From Lytechinus pictus (Eukaryota): 64,000 nucleotides of DNA. Position numbers and translations under genes: made by a program. The notes under the pieces are model-generated. The model worked only from the letters and a program-made list of their open reading frames with translations, was not told the origin of the DNA and did not search any database. Shown piece after piece: positions 38,068 to 51,500 of this stretch. Each line of letters starts with the position of its first letter. The stretch's first letter is position 1. The stretch spans positions 20,400,001-20,464,000 of the forward strand of contig NC_087250.1 in NCBI RefSeq assembly GCF_037042905.1, read 5' to 3'.

Positions 38068-39840
38068 TACCTCTATTGTTACATATAATAAACAACACCA
38101 GCGCAATTTGATCATTGAAATATAAGCCGAAAAAATGATTAATAACTAGTGCTGTGTAGTAGGAAATATATTTATTATATTACTTGATCAGATATTATAA
38201 TCATGTAAGCGTCCAATATGACAAGGCATTGAAATTCAGCTGCCTTTGAAAGAACACCATCGATTAGAATATTCAAAAGTAAATATTAATTCATTTTGGC
38301 TATGAAAAAAAACATTACAGTTTATCAATGCAGCATATACAGTAATTAAGCATACATGTAGAGGCATAACATGATCAATCGAAGTTCATTATAAACATGC
38401 TAAAATTACCAAAGAATTTCTGACAAAAATAAAAATTAACAAATCCAACTATTGCATAAAATAAATACGGAAATTAACATGCAGGTTTAAAACTATCGAA
38501 TGAATACCTCTTGAAAATGCAGCCCAAAATAGTGTGGAATGACTGAATGAAACTTATTTTTTTTGGCCGGGGGGGGGGGGGTTATGACACTGACATGGAG
38601 TAGTGTATGTGCAGTACTTAGTAACTGAAAGGAAAGGTGCTATATCAAATTTATATTGGATACTTGAACCGAATTCTTACACAAATATTTTGTATGAATG
38701 TATGCTGCATGCTATGGCAAAAGTCAAATAGGACAAGTGGTGTTCAAGATATTTGGTTTCTGTCATCATGATGAAATATAAACGATGGTTTAGCAGAGAT
38801 AGTTTTGGGGATTTTCCTTTGGGAAATCAGAATTATTATAGTACTCACACCAAAATATATTTCCACTAAAAGGTGTTCAGAATTATAAATGTATGTTGTA
38901 ATTTTGTATAATGAAAATAACAAGAAATAATGATAAAACTGATGATGATGATGATGGTGACTGTGATGATAATGATGATGGTGATGACAATGACAATGAT
39001 TAATGTGATGATGTTAATAATAATAATAGATGTCTGTAACCTTCATATAGTACTTCATACAATGTTACTACGCGCTGCATGTTATAAACATCCCGAACAT
39101 TTAAGGAATTCCTTCACCCTGAGTACCCATTTACTACACTGACAGCTTCTTTTACCACACCAAATTTGAACTACAAATGTTATACCCTCTAGAAAACGGT
39201 AATGTATAAAAATACATATGAACAGCAAAAATATATAAAAGATGATACATTAATAACCAGAGCTCAGCAAATTTCAGGTTTTTGAATTTGTGCTTGGGAG
39301 TACCGTACATACACCTTCTAAAATATTATATCATTATTATGAAATACAAAATAGACATAAAAAAGATACTACATGTATTTGCATTTTAGCATCAGTTTCA
39401 GCAGAATGAGGTACAGAAAATAATGATTACATAAGAAATTTGAAATACTGTAAACTCTGTTCTTAATAAATATCTACACACAAGTAAATCATTGTACGTT
39501 CCAAGGTAGTATAAAGCCAATGAATACCATGGTGGGGGGGGGGTTGGGATAGGGATAGTTAGTAGGAAGGGAAGGGACAAGATTCAGCCCAATGTATATT
39601 ATAAAATGCATGTATAAAAATATAATATGTATAAAATAGACCTTCTCTGTAACCAGTCCTGGGGCACAGAATTATCGAAACAAAATTATTTGGATTAAGC
39701 GACTTTCTTCTTAGTACTTTAAACTAATCATTTTTCATCAAGTCAGGAGTCTTTGCAAAGATCATGGTGGACAATTTTTAAACTCTCATATTCATCCATT
39801 CTACTTCTTAATGATGAATAGTTCTAAGAAGAGTACTGTA

Positions 39841-40373
39841 CAGTGCGTCCCACAAAAAAGGAAACCCGTTTTCAGAGATAGATTTCATGATTATTTAATA
39901 TGCTTTTACTATAAATTTGATACTCATGGGAGGATTGGCTCTCATCTCTAATTTGAAACCAACAGCTTAGCAAATTGTTCACGCATGACAGATAACAAAC
40001 AATAAATATTGAGACATATCAGAAACAATTTGCGCAGAAACTCGCGTGTGAATCTGAATCCACACTCATTTCAGGGATAAGTGATAATCTTAAAAAAGAA
40101 TACAAAAGAAATGCTAATGAGCCAATCGCCAAATAAGCATGATCGTCGTATTACTAACCAATTTTGTCCAAGTTTTCTGTGCAACCGGGTTTTGACATTA
40201 AAATTTCAAACTCGTCTTGCTCTCTAATGCGTGAAATGTTCGTCTCATATTAGGTATCAAAATAAAGAGGAATAATTGAAATATATGATTATGCATATGA
40301 AATATCATAATTCATTTGACTTCACACAATAAAGACATGGGAGTCCCGGTTTCCTTTTTTGTGGGATGCTCTG
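39841..40373. mobile_element. Tc1/mariner-type MITE
   Basis: ta|cagtgcgtcccacaaaaaaggaaacc ... ggtttccttttttgtgggatgctctg|ta. Confidence 0.8.
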
Positions 40374-40535
40374 TATATCAGGCCCCAAAAGATGGTTTAA
40401 CAGATTTCACATCCTCTGTTACTATACATGTCTCTCATGCTTTCAGAGCTTGGCTACTGCATGTACATATATCACTTAAATGAAAGAAGCTACTTTTTGA
40501 GGACCTGCATTCTGACCTACATGTACTGACCTTAA

Positions 40536-41130
40536 AGGGGAATCCAACCCAAATAAAAACTTGTTTTTATAAGGAAAAGAAAAATCAGATAGGTTGATAG
40601 GTGAAAGTTTGAACAATATTGGACAAACAACAAGAAAGTTATGAATTTTTAAAAGTTGTAAATATTGGTAATCACTATACCCATGGAGACTTCAAATTGG
40701 CCGCATATGGGATGTCATAGTGATGTAAGGCAAGGACTACTCTTCCATGTACTCCAATACATATTATGGCTAAAATGTCATTTTTCCTAAAAGTTTTATT
40801 TCAAATTATATTTTTCTTTCATGAGGACATAAAACAATATACTACCTGGGTTATATGTAGATTACCGCCCCAGGGGAATGGGTACTTAGGAGAAAACCAC
40901 AAATCCCTGATAATAAAGTACATGGCCTATGGGAAAGTTGCCCTTGCCCCTTGTCATAATTTACTTACCCAGTTGCCAATTTGAAATCTACATAGTATTA
41001 GTGATCTCAATTTTAAAGCAGCTATAACTTTCTTATAGCTTGTCCGATTTCTTTCAGACTTTCACCATTCTGTTTAATTTATTTTTCTCCTTCCCAACAC
41101 AACATTTTATGGCCAAGGCTGGATTCCCCT
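40536..41130. mobile_element. TTAA-flanked AGG...CCT MITE
   Basis: ttaa|aggggaatcca ... tggattcccct|ttaa. Confidence 0.8.
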
Positions 41131-43931
41131 TTAACTGAGAAAAAAATCTTATTACTTTTTCAAATCCAATTTTCAAGCCTAAAATCCTATTTTCCTACAA
41201 AAGTTGGGAAAACAAACCCAAAATCATTGAAGTTTCAAAAATGCTCTTTCTATGAGAATAGAGTTTCCCCTTTAAATCCTACTTAATTCAGATAAAAATC
41301 CTACAATTTGTCCTACTCTCTATCACCACATCACAAAACTATTCAAAAGTTTTTACAGTAACAAAGTATATGAAGAAAAGAATCCAGAGCAGTATAGAGT
41401 CATACATGTAAATCTTCAGAAAATAACTAACAGACATATATACCGGTACTGCACATACAGATGACTCTGCCCAAAACAAAAAACCTCTTTAGACAAAAGA
41501 AATCTGAATTAATTACAATGTATGAGATTCTAATTATTAGATGTCCAAAGTCCAAAAATGACTAAATTTCAGTCTGAAAGCAAATGCTTTGATTTGTATG
41601 AAAATGCAGATTACACTGTCTCTGTAATTAACTCTCTGATTTAATATTCAAGATACCACAACTGAATTAAGAATTAAATCAAGATAGCAACTGAAATCCT
41701 TTCACAGAATCTGCATTATTATTATTTTAAATGTATCTTTTTTTTACAGAAAGGAATTGCAAAACATCTCCATAATATACTAGTGCATTTTTGTTAAATC
41801 TAACATATACAAGTAATTAGGTTGCTAAATCTTAGAACATGATTAAATTTTCTCCAACCTCCGTATAAATACCAATGCCCAAGTAAACCAGAGACCGGCT
41901 TCCTAAGGACTTCAAACTATGACAACACTGTCATTATGACAGTTACCATGGTAACTGGACTCAGCAGCCAATAATAATCAATCATTCCATGGTATTTACA
42001 ATATTTACGCCACCAACGCCGTCGGAAAAGTGGCGTCTATCTAGCTCTGGCGGCTCTGCAATGCAGGCGAGACAAGAATTGTTATCAATCACATTATTGA
42101 TGGCTTCAAAACCTTGTGATGTCATCAACTAGCTGGTCTCACTTGAATTCTGGTGCTATGTCTGGACTACATATTAAAACAACAAACCGCCATCTGCCCT
42201 ACCTAGCAATCCACATCAGACATCTAAAAAACAGCATGCACATAAACACACACACACATCCACATCAATGGATAATTCAACACAAGAATTTGTAGTAAAG
42301 CAGTATTCATAATCAAATCGCAATCAAAATTTCAAGCATCCCACCGGGCAGAATTTAACTTGACATAAGCAGCTTCCATGAACGGCTTTCCCAGCCTTTG
42401 GCAGGAAAGAATAGATTCATTGACCAAAAAAATATAACAAACAAAGTTATCCACAAGTATTGCAAACCTTTCCCATCGCTATATATCAAAAGCACAGATT
42501 CACCTGCTAACACAATTCGTAACCTGGGCCCTGTCTTCAAGCGTTACAATTGATAAGATCAAACTCAACTATATGGAAATCCATCATTGTCATAATTTTT
42601 CCTTCAGGAAATTTGCACAATACTTGGTATAAAGAAAGAGGAGCACATTAAATTGTCAAGATATTAATGAATGTATGAGCATCTAGAAAACAGTTTGAAC
42701 AAGCAAGCATTTTAGATGTTGGCATTGCCTGCTTTCCATAGTTAATGGTTGATCAAAGCAATCACAGCTCTGTGTTAGAGATGGGGCCCTTCAAGTACTT
42801 AGCTGTCAATTAGAACAATGTGTAAAATTCGGACTTAGACATAGCATATAATACCGGCCCAGATGCGGAAACAATCAGTATCACAATCCAAGATGTCATG
42901 TGACCAGCTATTGCCCAACTGCATTTTAGTATTTGTACTAGGTAGCTAATAAATGATAAATGGATACTGGATATCACACTATTTTTCAAGCATGCAATTA
43001 TGTACAACAGGGTCCTGTCTTACAAAGAGTTGTGATTGATCCCATCAACCACAAGTATATGGAAATAATTTTTTTCTACAGGGAATTTTAATGAGGTTCT
43101 TTGAAAACAAAGAAAAGCACACTGAATTTTCAATAAAAAGGTGCATGTTTGAATATACATCATGGATTATGGTAAATGGTCGTAATATTTTACCTGATTA
43201 CTGAGAAAGCATGAATGCTTGTAAGCACGCAACCAGAGGACCGACGACTTAATTTCCGCTCCGAGGGACCTGGTAGTGAGGATTAATGCCTTACCAAAGG
43301 GCACTAGCGCACCAAATGGGAATCGAACCCGGGTCACCAGAATCCGAAAACCCTACTTTACCAACTGAGCTAGCGGGCCTCCTCATATCTAGAAAATATT
43401 ATGAACATGCATTTAAGATTTTGACGTTGCTGGCTTTCCATAGGTGTAGTTGACTGGATCAATCGCAACTCTAAGACGGGACCCTGACAATTATAGAGTT
43501 GAGCACATAAAATTTGACCACAAAATGAAGAGCACGACCTTCTACCTCACAGCAAATGATTTTATCAATTCCATGATTTACAAGAATATCTTAAATAAAT
43601 AAAACTTCCGAGACCTTTTGGAAGAAACTGACAATGTCCATGATTTCAAAAGTACATTATATTATTAAAATACATGATATTGAATGACTTTTGTAATTTA
43701 GAAAAAAGGGTGAATTCCTTGAACTTTCCACATTTCTAATTCAATTTTTAATTTTAATTTTTTTTTCTGAGGTAATGGTTTGGATTTTTCTGATCATCTA
43801 GAAATTCCTCTGACCTATTTGAGTGCCATGAGCCACCTGTAAGACAATACTGGCTAATTTGGGAAACTTATCCACGTATGCAAGGAGGAACATCCTGTTG
43901 GGATGAAATATCTTTCAATAGAATACCTAAT

Positions 43932-44395
43932 ATTAGGAGTGGGCTATACATTTGTCGAAAATACTTTTACTGGTTTTTTTTAATACGGCAACAGTTTTTT
44001 CTAAATTCCTTGTAATGTATCTGAACATGAAATGACAATATATTTTGTCTCGGGTCAGAGAAAAAGTGTGCCGGGCCAAAATCCAAAATGGCCACCAACC
44101 CCCCCCCCCCCCCCCCCAAAAAAAAATCACATCTTCCTGTCCCCCAAAATATATCAATAGACACCAAGACCAGAGAAGAAGACAACCGAACTAGGAGGTT
44201 GTGGCCCAAACTGTGATTTTGGGGGGTTTTGGCAGCCATTTTGTATTTTAGCCGGGCCTCCCTTTTTTCTCGTACCCGAGACAAAAACAGATGTCATATC
44301 ATGTTGACATACATTAAAAGGAATTTTTTAAACCTGCTGCCATATCGAAATGACAAAAAAAATATTTTGGACCCCTGTATAGCTCACTCTTATAA
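43932..44395. mobile_element. MITE with long imperfect inverted arms
   Basis: taggagtgggctataca / tgtatagctcactctta; internal tgtctcgggt / acccgagaca. Confidence 0.65.
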
Positions 44396-44429
44396 TAAAT
44401 ATCTTCCCAAAGAAGCCTCAATATACCTT

Positions 44430-45545
44430 TGTTGGTCAGGCAACAGAGTCTACACGCAGTCAAAAAGAATCTTTTCCAGATAGGCATTGAGGAACATTCG
44501 TACAATCATGTTAGATTCTTCCGGACAAAGCCCCAGGACACCACCCCAATGACCCCGCAGGATAATGCCATCAGCCAGGAGGCGAAGTCTAGTCTAAGAA
44601 TATCCTCTCAAGATACGTGTTTAGAAACATCCCATTGGGATCTAATCTCTTACGAACATGACGGCATTTGAGAGATTTCTTGTACAATGATGTTAGTTTC
44701 TTCCGGACAAAGCCCCAAGACCTCCCTGATGAACCCGCAGGATAATGCCATCAACCAGGAGGCGAAGTGTAGTCTAAGAATATCCTCTCAAGATACGCGT
44801 TTAGAAACATCCCATTGGGATCTAATCTCCTATGAACATGACGGCATTGGAGAGATTTTTTGTACAATGATGTTAGTTTCTTCTGGACAAAGCCCCAAGA
44901 CCTCCCTGATGAACCGGCAGGATAATGCCATCAACCAGGAGGCGAAGTGTAGTCTAAGAATATCCTCTCAAGATACGCTTTTAGAAACATCCCATTGGGA
45001 TCTAATCTCCTATGAACATGAGGGCATTTGAGAGATTTCTTGTACAATGATGTTAGTTTCTTCCGGACAAAGCCCCAAGACCTCCCTGATGAACCCGCAG
45101 GATAATGCCATCAACCAGGAGGCGAAGTGTAGTCTAAGAATATCCTCTCAAGATACGCTTTTAGAAACATCCCATTGGGATCTAATCTCCTATGAACATG
45201 AGGGCATTTGAGAGATTTCTTGTACAATGATGTTAGTTTCTTCCGGACAAAGCCCCAAGACCTCCCTGATGAACCCGCAGGATAATGCCATCAACCAGGA
45301 GGCGAAGTGTAGTCTAAGAATATCCTCTCAAGATACGCGTTTAGAAACATCCCATTGGGATCTAATCTCCTATGAACATGACGGCATTGGAGAGATTTTT
45401 TGTACAATGATGTTAGTTTCTTCCAGACAAAGCCCCAAGACCTCCCTGATGAGCCCCCAGAGTAACACCGTTGGTCAGGCAGCAAGTCTAGTCTGACAAA
45501 ATCCTTTCTAGATACGCGTTGAGGAACATCCCGTGAGGATCCAGT
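44430..45545 (-). repeat. 180-bp tandem array (5 full units plus partial ends) containing copies of the GULO C-terminal coding sequence
   Basis: Period 180 (ccggacaaagcccc at ~44521, 44703, 44883, 45063, 45243, 45423); minus strand reads RLDPNGMFLNAYLERIFLD. Confidence 0.92.
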
Positions 45546-48500
45546 TTCTTCCGAAGATCACAGAACTCTGTCCATCTTGGGTAAAGCTCGGATAACTCCT
45601 TGTTTCTCAGAGGGTGCTCCTGAAAAGACAAATTTAAAAGGAAATAAAATGCACTCCGCTATTACTGGACAGATCACCTGATAGTATGTGCTTCAGTGAA
45701 TGGAGATTTTCTATGACTCTTTTATCCAAAGGGCTTGTTTGTAAAAACAAGTGGAATGCCTCTGGCCGTCTCACCTGCATCACGCGATTCAATATAGCAG
45801 CAGTGCTGATTTTGAAAACTACTATAACTCGCACAAGATGTTCAGTGATACTTGGTTACTCTTATTTCCACGTTTTATGAACTAGACCAATACACTTATA
45901 GAGATATGATGGCAATTCAACAAATACCCCCAACGTGGCCAAAGTTCTTTGACCTTACATGACCTTTGACCTTGATCATGTGACCTGAAACTCGCACAGG
46001 ATGTTCAGTGATACTTGATTACTATTATGTCCAAGTTTTATGAACTAGACCAACACACTTTCAAATTTATGGCTGTAATTCAACAAATACCCCAATTTGG
46101 CCAAAGTTCATTGACCCTAAATGACCTTTGACCTTGATCATGTGACCTGAAACTTGCACAGGATGTTCAGTAATACTTGATTACTATTATGTCTAAGTTT
46201 CATGAATCAGATCCATAAACTTTCAAAGTTATGATGGTAATTCAACAGATACCCCCAATTCGGCCAAAGTTCATTGACCCTAAATGACCTTTGACCTTGG
46301 TCATGTGACGTGAAACTCATGCAGGATGTTCAGTGATACTTGATTAACCTTATGTATAAGTTTCATGAACTAGGTCCATATATTTTCTAAGTTATGATGA
46401 CATTTCAAAAACTTAACCTTAGGTTAAGATTTTGATGTTGATTCCCCCAACATGGTCTAAGTTCATTGACCCTAAATGACCTTTGACCTTGGTCATGTGA
46501 CATGAAACTCAGGCAGGATGTTCAGTAATACTTGATTAACCTTATGGCCAAGTTTCATGAACTAGGTCCATATACTTTCTAAGTTATGCTGTCATTTCAA
46601 AAACTTAACCTCAGGTTAAGATTTGGTGTTGACGCCGCCGTCGCCGTCGCCGCCGCCGCCGCCGCCGTCGCCGTCGCCGTCGGAAAAGCGGCGCCTATAG
46701 TCTCACTCTGCTATGCAGGTGAGACAAAAAAACAGCAAAATTAAATTAATTAAATCCTGTTAATGAAAATATACAATGTTGGGTATGCGTCCTGAAGGAC
46801 GCGAGCTATAAAGCTGCCATGGTAAAACTCAAGCTTCTAATATTAACATTACACAAGAGAACCCTATTCTTAACAATAGTGTCGCTAAAGCGAGCACATA
46901 CATGTAATACGCCCACCTGTAACGCGGAAAATGTAGTTATTGGTCAGTCGAGAAAAGTGGGAGGTGGCGACTTCACCTTTGACCTTCTGACCTCAAAATT
47001 CTTAACAAGAGTGTCGCTAAGGCGAGCACATAATACGCCCACCTGTAACGCAGAAAATGTAGTTATTGGTCAGTCAAGAAAAGTGCGAGGTGGCGACTTC
47101 ACCTTTGACCTTCTGACCTCAAAATCGATAGAATTCCTGGGATTTATGCTAGTATCATACACACCAAATTATATGAGCCTTGGTTAAATTAAACTTAAGT
47201 TATTGCGTTAACACGGACTTCAGAACGGTAAGATGAAAACATTCTTGACCTTTGTCCTTTTGACCTCAAAATCAATTGGCTTCCTGGGATCCATGCTACT
47301 ATCATACACACCAAATTATATGAGCCTAGGTTAAGTTAAACTGAAGTTATCGCGTTTACAAGGAAAAGCTAACGGTCGGACGGGCGGACAGATGGACAGA
47401 CACAGAGCGTGATACCATAATACGTCCCGACCCGTCACCGGGCATATAAAAAGAGTATAATATCTCAATATTCATGATTTTGCTCTAGATGTCTGATTTG
47501 GATTATCCAATGGCGATTGGATATAGCAGTAAGCACCTATTCCTTTACATTACAAAGCACTGCACACGTACTACTCCATGTTTGGGCCACTAATAATTCG
47601 ACACCTCAGAATAAGCTTAGTCCATGCAATCCATTGCCCTCTTAATACAATGGGATGGGATTGGGATTTAATGGCTAACTTTTTTATAATTAAAAAATAT
47701 TGACTAGCTCCTCTTTGGGGAATATTAAATATATTGCCCTGTTGCGGGCTATATATTTACTATTCCCTCAAAGCTTCTTTTACCTTAGCCCAATGAGGTC
47801 TTCCCCCTGCTCTTTTCAAAATGTCCTCATAAACCACCCAGTACTTGGTGTTCAAAGTTTTTCTTCCATAAGGCCTAATAAGAGATAAGATATAACAAAA
47901 TTAAATACACATGACTTAAAATGAATAAAATCCATATTCATTTTTTGTACATCCAAAATTGAATATATATATAATTTGAATACCTGTACATGGAAAATTC
48001 CTTAAAATATTTTTTTCTATTCCAAAATTAATACATATGTATAAAATTTTAATTCATTTGAGTAAACAGGCTTATTTGGATAATTCAAAACCTTGACAAT
48101 CATTCAAAGGCTTCAGGCAATATTGTCTATTTTTATTATCGTGAGCTACTTTTCACAGGTTAAAACAAAACAAAACAAAACAATAACTTCTTTGCATGTC
48201 ACATATGGGGTAATTGTGACAAGATCAGGGTTCCCAGCTTTTCAAGAAAACAAAATTCCCTGATTTTTTTCCCTGATGAAGTTTAAAAGTTCCCTGATAA
48301 TTATTTAAACCCATTCCCAGTTTCACATGTTTTCTAAGTTGTTGCAGTGAATTACATGTATTTTTAGTATCAAAACAATAATGTAGAACTAATTACTTTC
48401 TTAGTACCACCATAACCAGTCATTCAATGGATGTTGTTTTGATGTGTAACAAAACATGAGAGTCTGACTGACCACCCTGCTTTTCACTTTTGGGCCGATC

Positions 48501-51500
48501 AAAATTCCCTGATTTTTCCCTCATATGAAGCATTTTCCCCTGATTTGAGGTATTTTTAAAATCAAATTCCCTGATTTTTCCTGACTGGAAAAAAGTAATT
48601 AATTTTCCCTGATGGGCTGGGAACCCCGCAATATATATGGTAAGTGACTTTGCAAGCAAACAATAACTTTATTTTCAGGGGCTACTTTTCACAGCTTACT
48701 GCCTGAGTATGCAACATTGTAACATGGGGAGGGATCTTTCTTTTTATGTTTTATTGTAATCTATGTTTTCAGTATCAATCTTTGTGTACCTTTTAAATAT
48801 GTATACGTTTACCTATTTAGCATTTTCTTAATTTGATTTAAATAAAAATAAAAAAATCAAGGATAAGACCACCATAATCATGTGTTTAATGACGTTAACT
48901 GGCAGTTGCTGGTATTTGTCTTCATCCGCCACTGATTTTATTGTATTACTCTATTTTTAAGTATTTCTATTTATCATGCTGGTGTCATTTGTTTTACATT
49001 GTACAATATTGTAATATGTTTGAATCTTAACAGGGCTCTCTTGCAAAGCAGTTTTGTACTGAAGAGACTACCGTGGGTAAATATAACAAAATAAATAAAT
49101 AAACATTGGATAAGCTTTTAACATTGCAATGAACAGGGAATTCCAGGGCTCCTTTTTGTGTATCAAGGGCCCTTTTGAGCATTTCAGGGGCAAAATCATC
49201 CTGAGCCCATGTGTAAGTTTTTCTCCTGGCCTACATGTACCTGAAATGGATGATGTTGATGAAGCACGTCTCTCTCCCATTGGCCGGGCTTATCATGATG
49301 TCATCAGATCGTGTAAAGCGAACCTCTGTCGGCATGTGCGCATAGAAACGTCTCTTATCAATGTTGTCTCTCAGCTCTCGCAAAACTTCACCAGTCTTGT
49401 TCCTGATGATAAAAAAAAAATGATGAAAGGCATTTATTCAGTGCCATTTATCTATAACTATAACTTTAAAATTTTACAATTTTTAGAACTTTTTAAACTC
49501 AAACATATAATTGAATAGGTTTACAGGTGTTTTTGTAATGCTTTTAATGCATGTATTTCACATTGTAACAACTAAAAGGAAACGATATTTTGATTTTTAT
49601 ACCAATATTTCACTCATTTTTATCAAAATTTCTGTATGTGGTGGAAGACATTTATATCATTTTACAAAAATACATCATCTTTTATATTTTAAGTAAATGT
49701 TTTCAGGTTTGAGCAGGACGGATTCTTGGGACGAGCGATCACTCACCCCCCCCCCCCCCCGCATACTTTTTTTTATCCGTATGCTTAATGAGTACAAGGT
49801 GCCAGGGGTGACTGCTGGGTGGGTGAGTTCAGTTGTTTGACTTAAGTGTCTTTATGGTCGTTGGATGAATGAGGAGCGTGGTATGAATATAATGTGAGTG
49901 TGTTTTGTTTTGAAAGTGATTGTTAGTCGGCCCTATTAATGCATAGCTCCGGTGAAGTTAGCTGACCCTACAAAGTTCCACATGAGCGATGGATTTGAAT
50001 AACCAATTCCATTGCTCAGGTTGAATGGTGTTGTGGGATTAGCAATCCTTGGCTGGAGCTGTGCATTGGACTTGACTGCTCGCTCGTCCCCAGACACCCT
50101 CCTGTCTTTCGTTTTTGTTCCTGCTTAAAATAAGTTTTTTATTGTTTGAATTAAGATGTTTATCAATAAGCATCCTTCCACCACCTCATGTGTTTGTATT
50201 TTTTTATTACTTCATCTTTTCCTTTTAGTATACATAATATATTAAGTTGCATTATATTTTCGTCATCATTTCAAGTTTGATGTTTTTAAATCTGTACACT
50301 CTATGTATATATGCCTGTAAATTGTACGCAATTCAGCTTTTTGGCTGCAAAGTGCAATAATTTCAATAAAACCTTTTCAATTTCAATTTCAATTTCAATA
50401 TATGACAAGCAGATGTATCATGGGGGCCGTTTCATACAGCAGTTCGTAAGTTAAGAGCGACTTTAAGAACGACTGGTGAACCTTTCTTACACGCTAAATC
50501 ATAGCCAATGAACATTTTGGTGTATACATTTGACCACAAAGATCACTAGTCATTCTTAAAGTCACTCTTAACTTAAGAGCAGCTTTATAAAACACCCATC
50601 AGGTCATTTGATTGATCATGCAGCCCACAAAGACAACATTATACAAATAGCGAATGGGCATGAGTGCGATGGTGCAAGATTTCGCATGAGGTGAAAGAAA
50701 GATGCTCTATTCAACGAGGCGTTAGTCGAGTTGAGTACAGCGTTTCTTTCTTTCACCGAATGCGAAATCTCGCACCATTGCACGAATATGAATATTCGCT
50801 ATTTGTTTTGTAGAACGCCTCGGAATCTAGCGAAAATACGAAAAAACATGAGTTTTTTCCTGCAATAATCTATGAAAAAGGAGCAAAAATATTGAAAGCG
50901 AAAAGCAAAACCCCACAAGCGCACATAACCTTGGGCAGCATTGCGCATTTAGCCAGCAGGCTATACGCGTATTGCACCTTCATTTTTACTGAGTGCAATG
51001 AATTAAATCGTATTGTGACGTCACCTCCTAAAGCCGTGCAACGGTACATTTTGGATGGTACGTCTTGTGCGCAACGGTACAAATGTTTGACATTCAGTCT
51101 TCCATTTGCTCGCGTACAACAAGCTAAGTAGGCGTTGTACAATATTCTTGCACTAAACGACTTTGTCCATTGCACGCTTGCTGAGACCCCCTGCACTACA
51201 CGAATAAAACACTCAGAATGCAGCAGGGTATAACATCTACAGTTGAGGCCGGAAGTTTACATACACCCAGGAAATTCAAGGAAAAGTTGACACTTGCCAA
51301 ACTTCATAAAATTTACTGTATCTTATAGAATATAGTGCTATCATTGCGCGACTGCCCGACCGGACGCGATAACTTGATGCGATGGCACAAAAATGGTAAC
51401 CTCACCTCGGGACGTTCCATTCAGTGACAAGCTGTTTAAAGAGGCAGTCAAAATTGAACACTCTGTGCCCGATGTCCACCCTTTCCTTCGGTTGCGAGGA

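Noticed and set aside
44500..45450. CRISPR-like periodic repeat
   Set aside because: Whole units repeat with no unique spacers, no cas genes, eukaryotic context; the same holds for the 18-20 kb and 58 kb arrays.
44429..45496. Plus-strand repeated ORFs (MMLVSSGQSPK...)
   Set aside because: Antisense reading of the 180-bp GULO-derived array, interrupted by stops.
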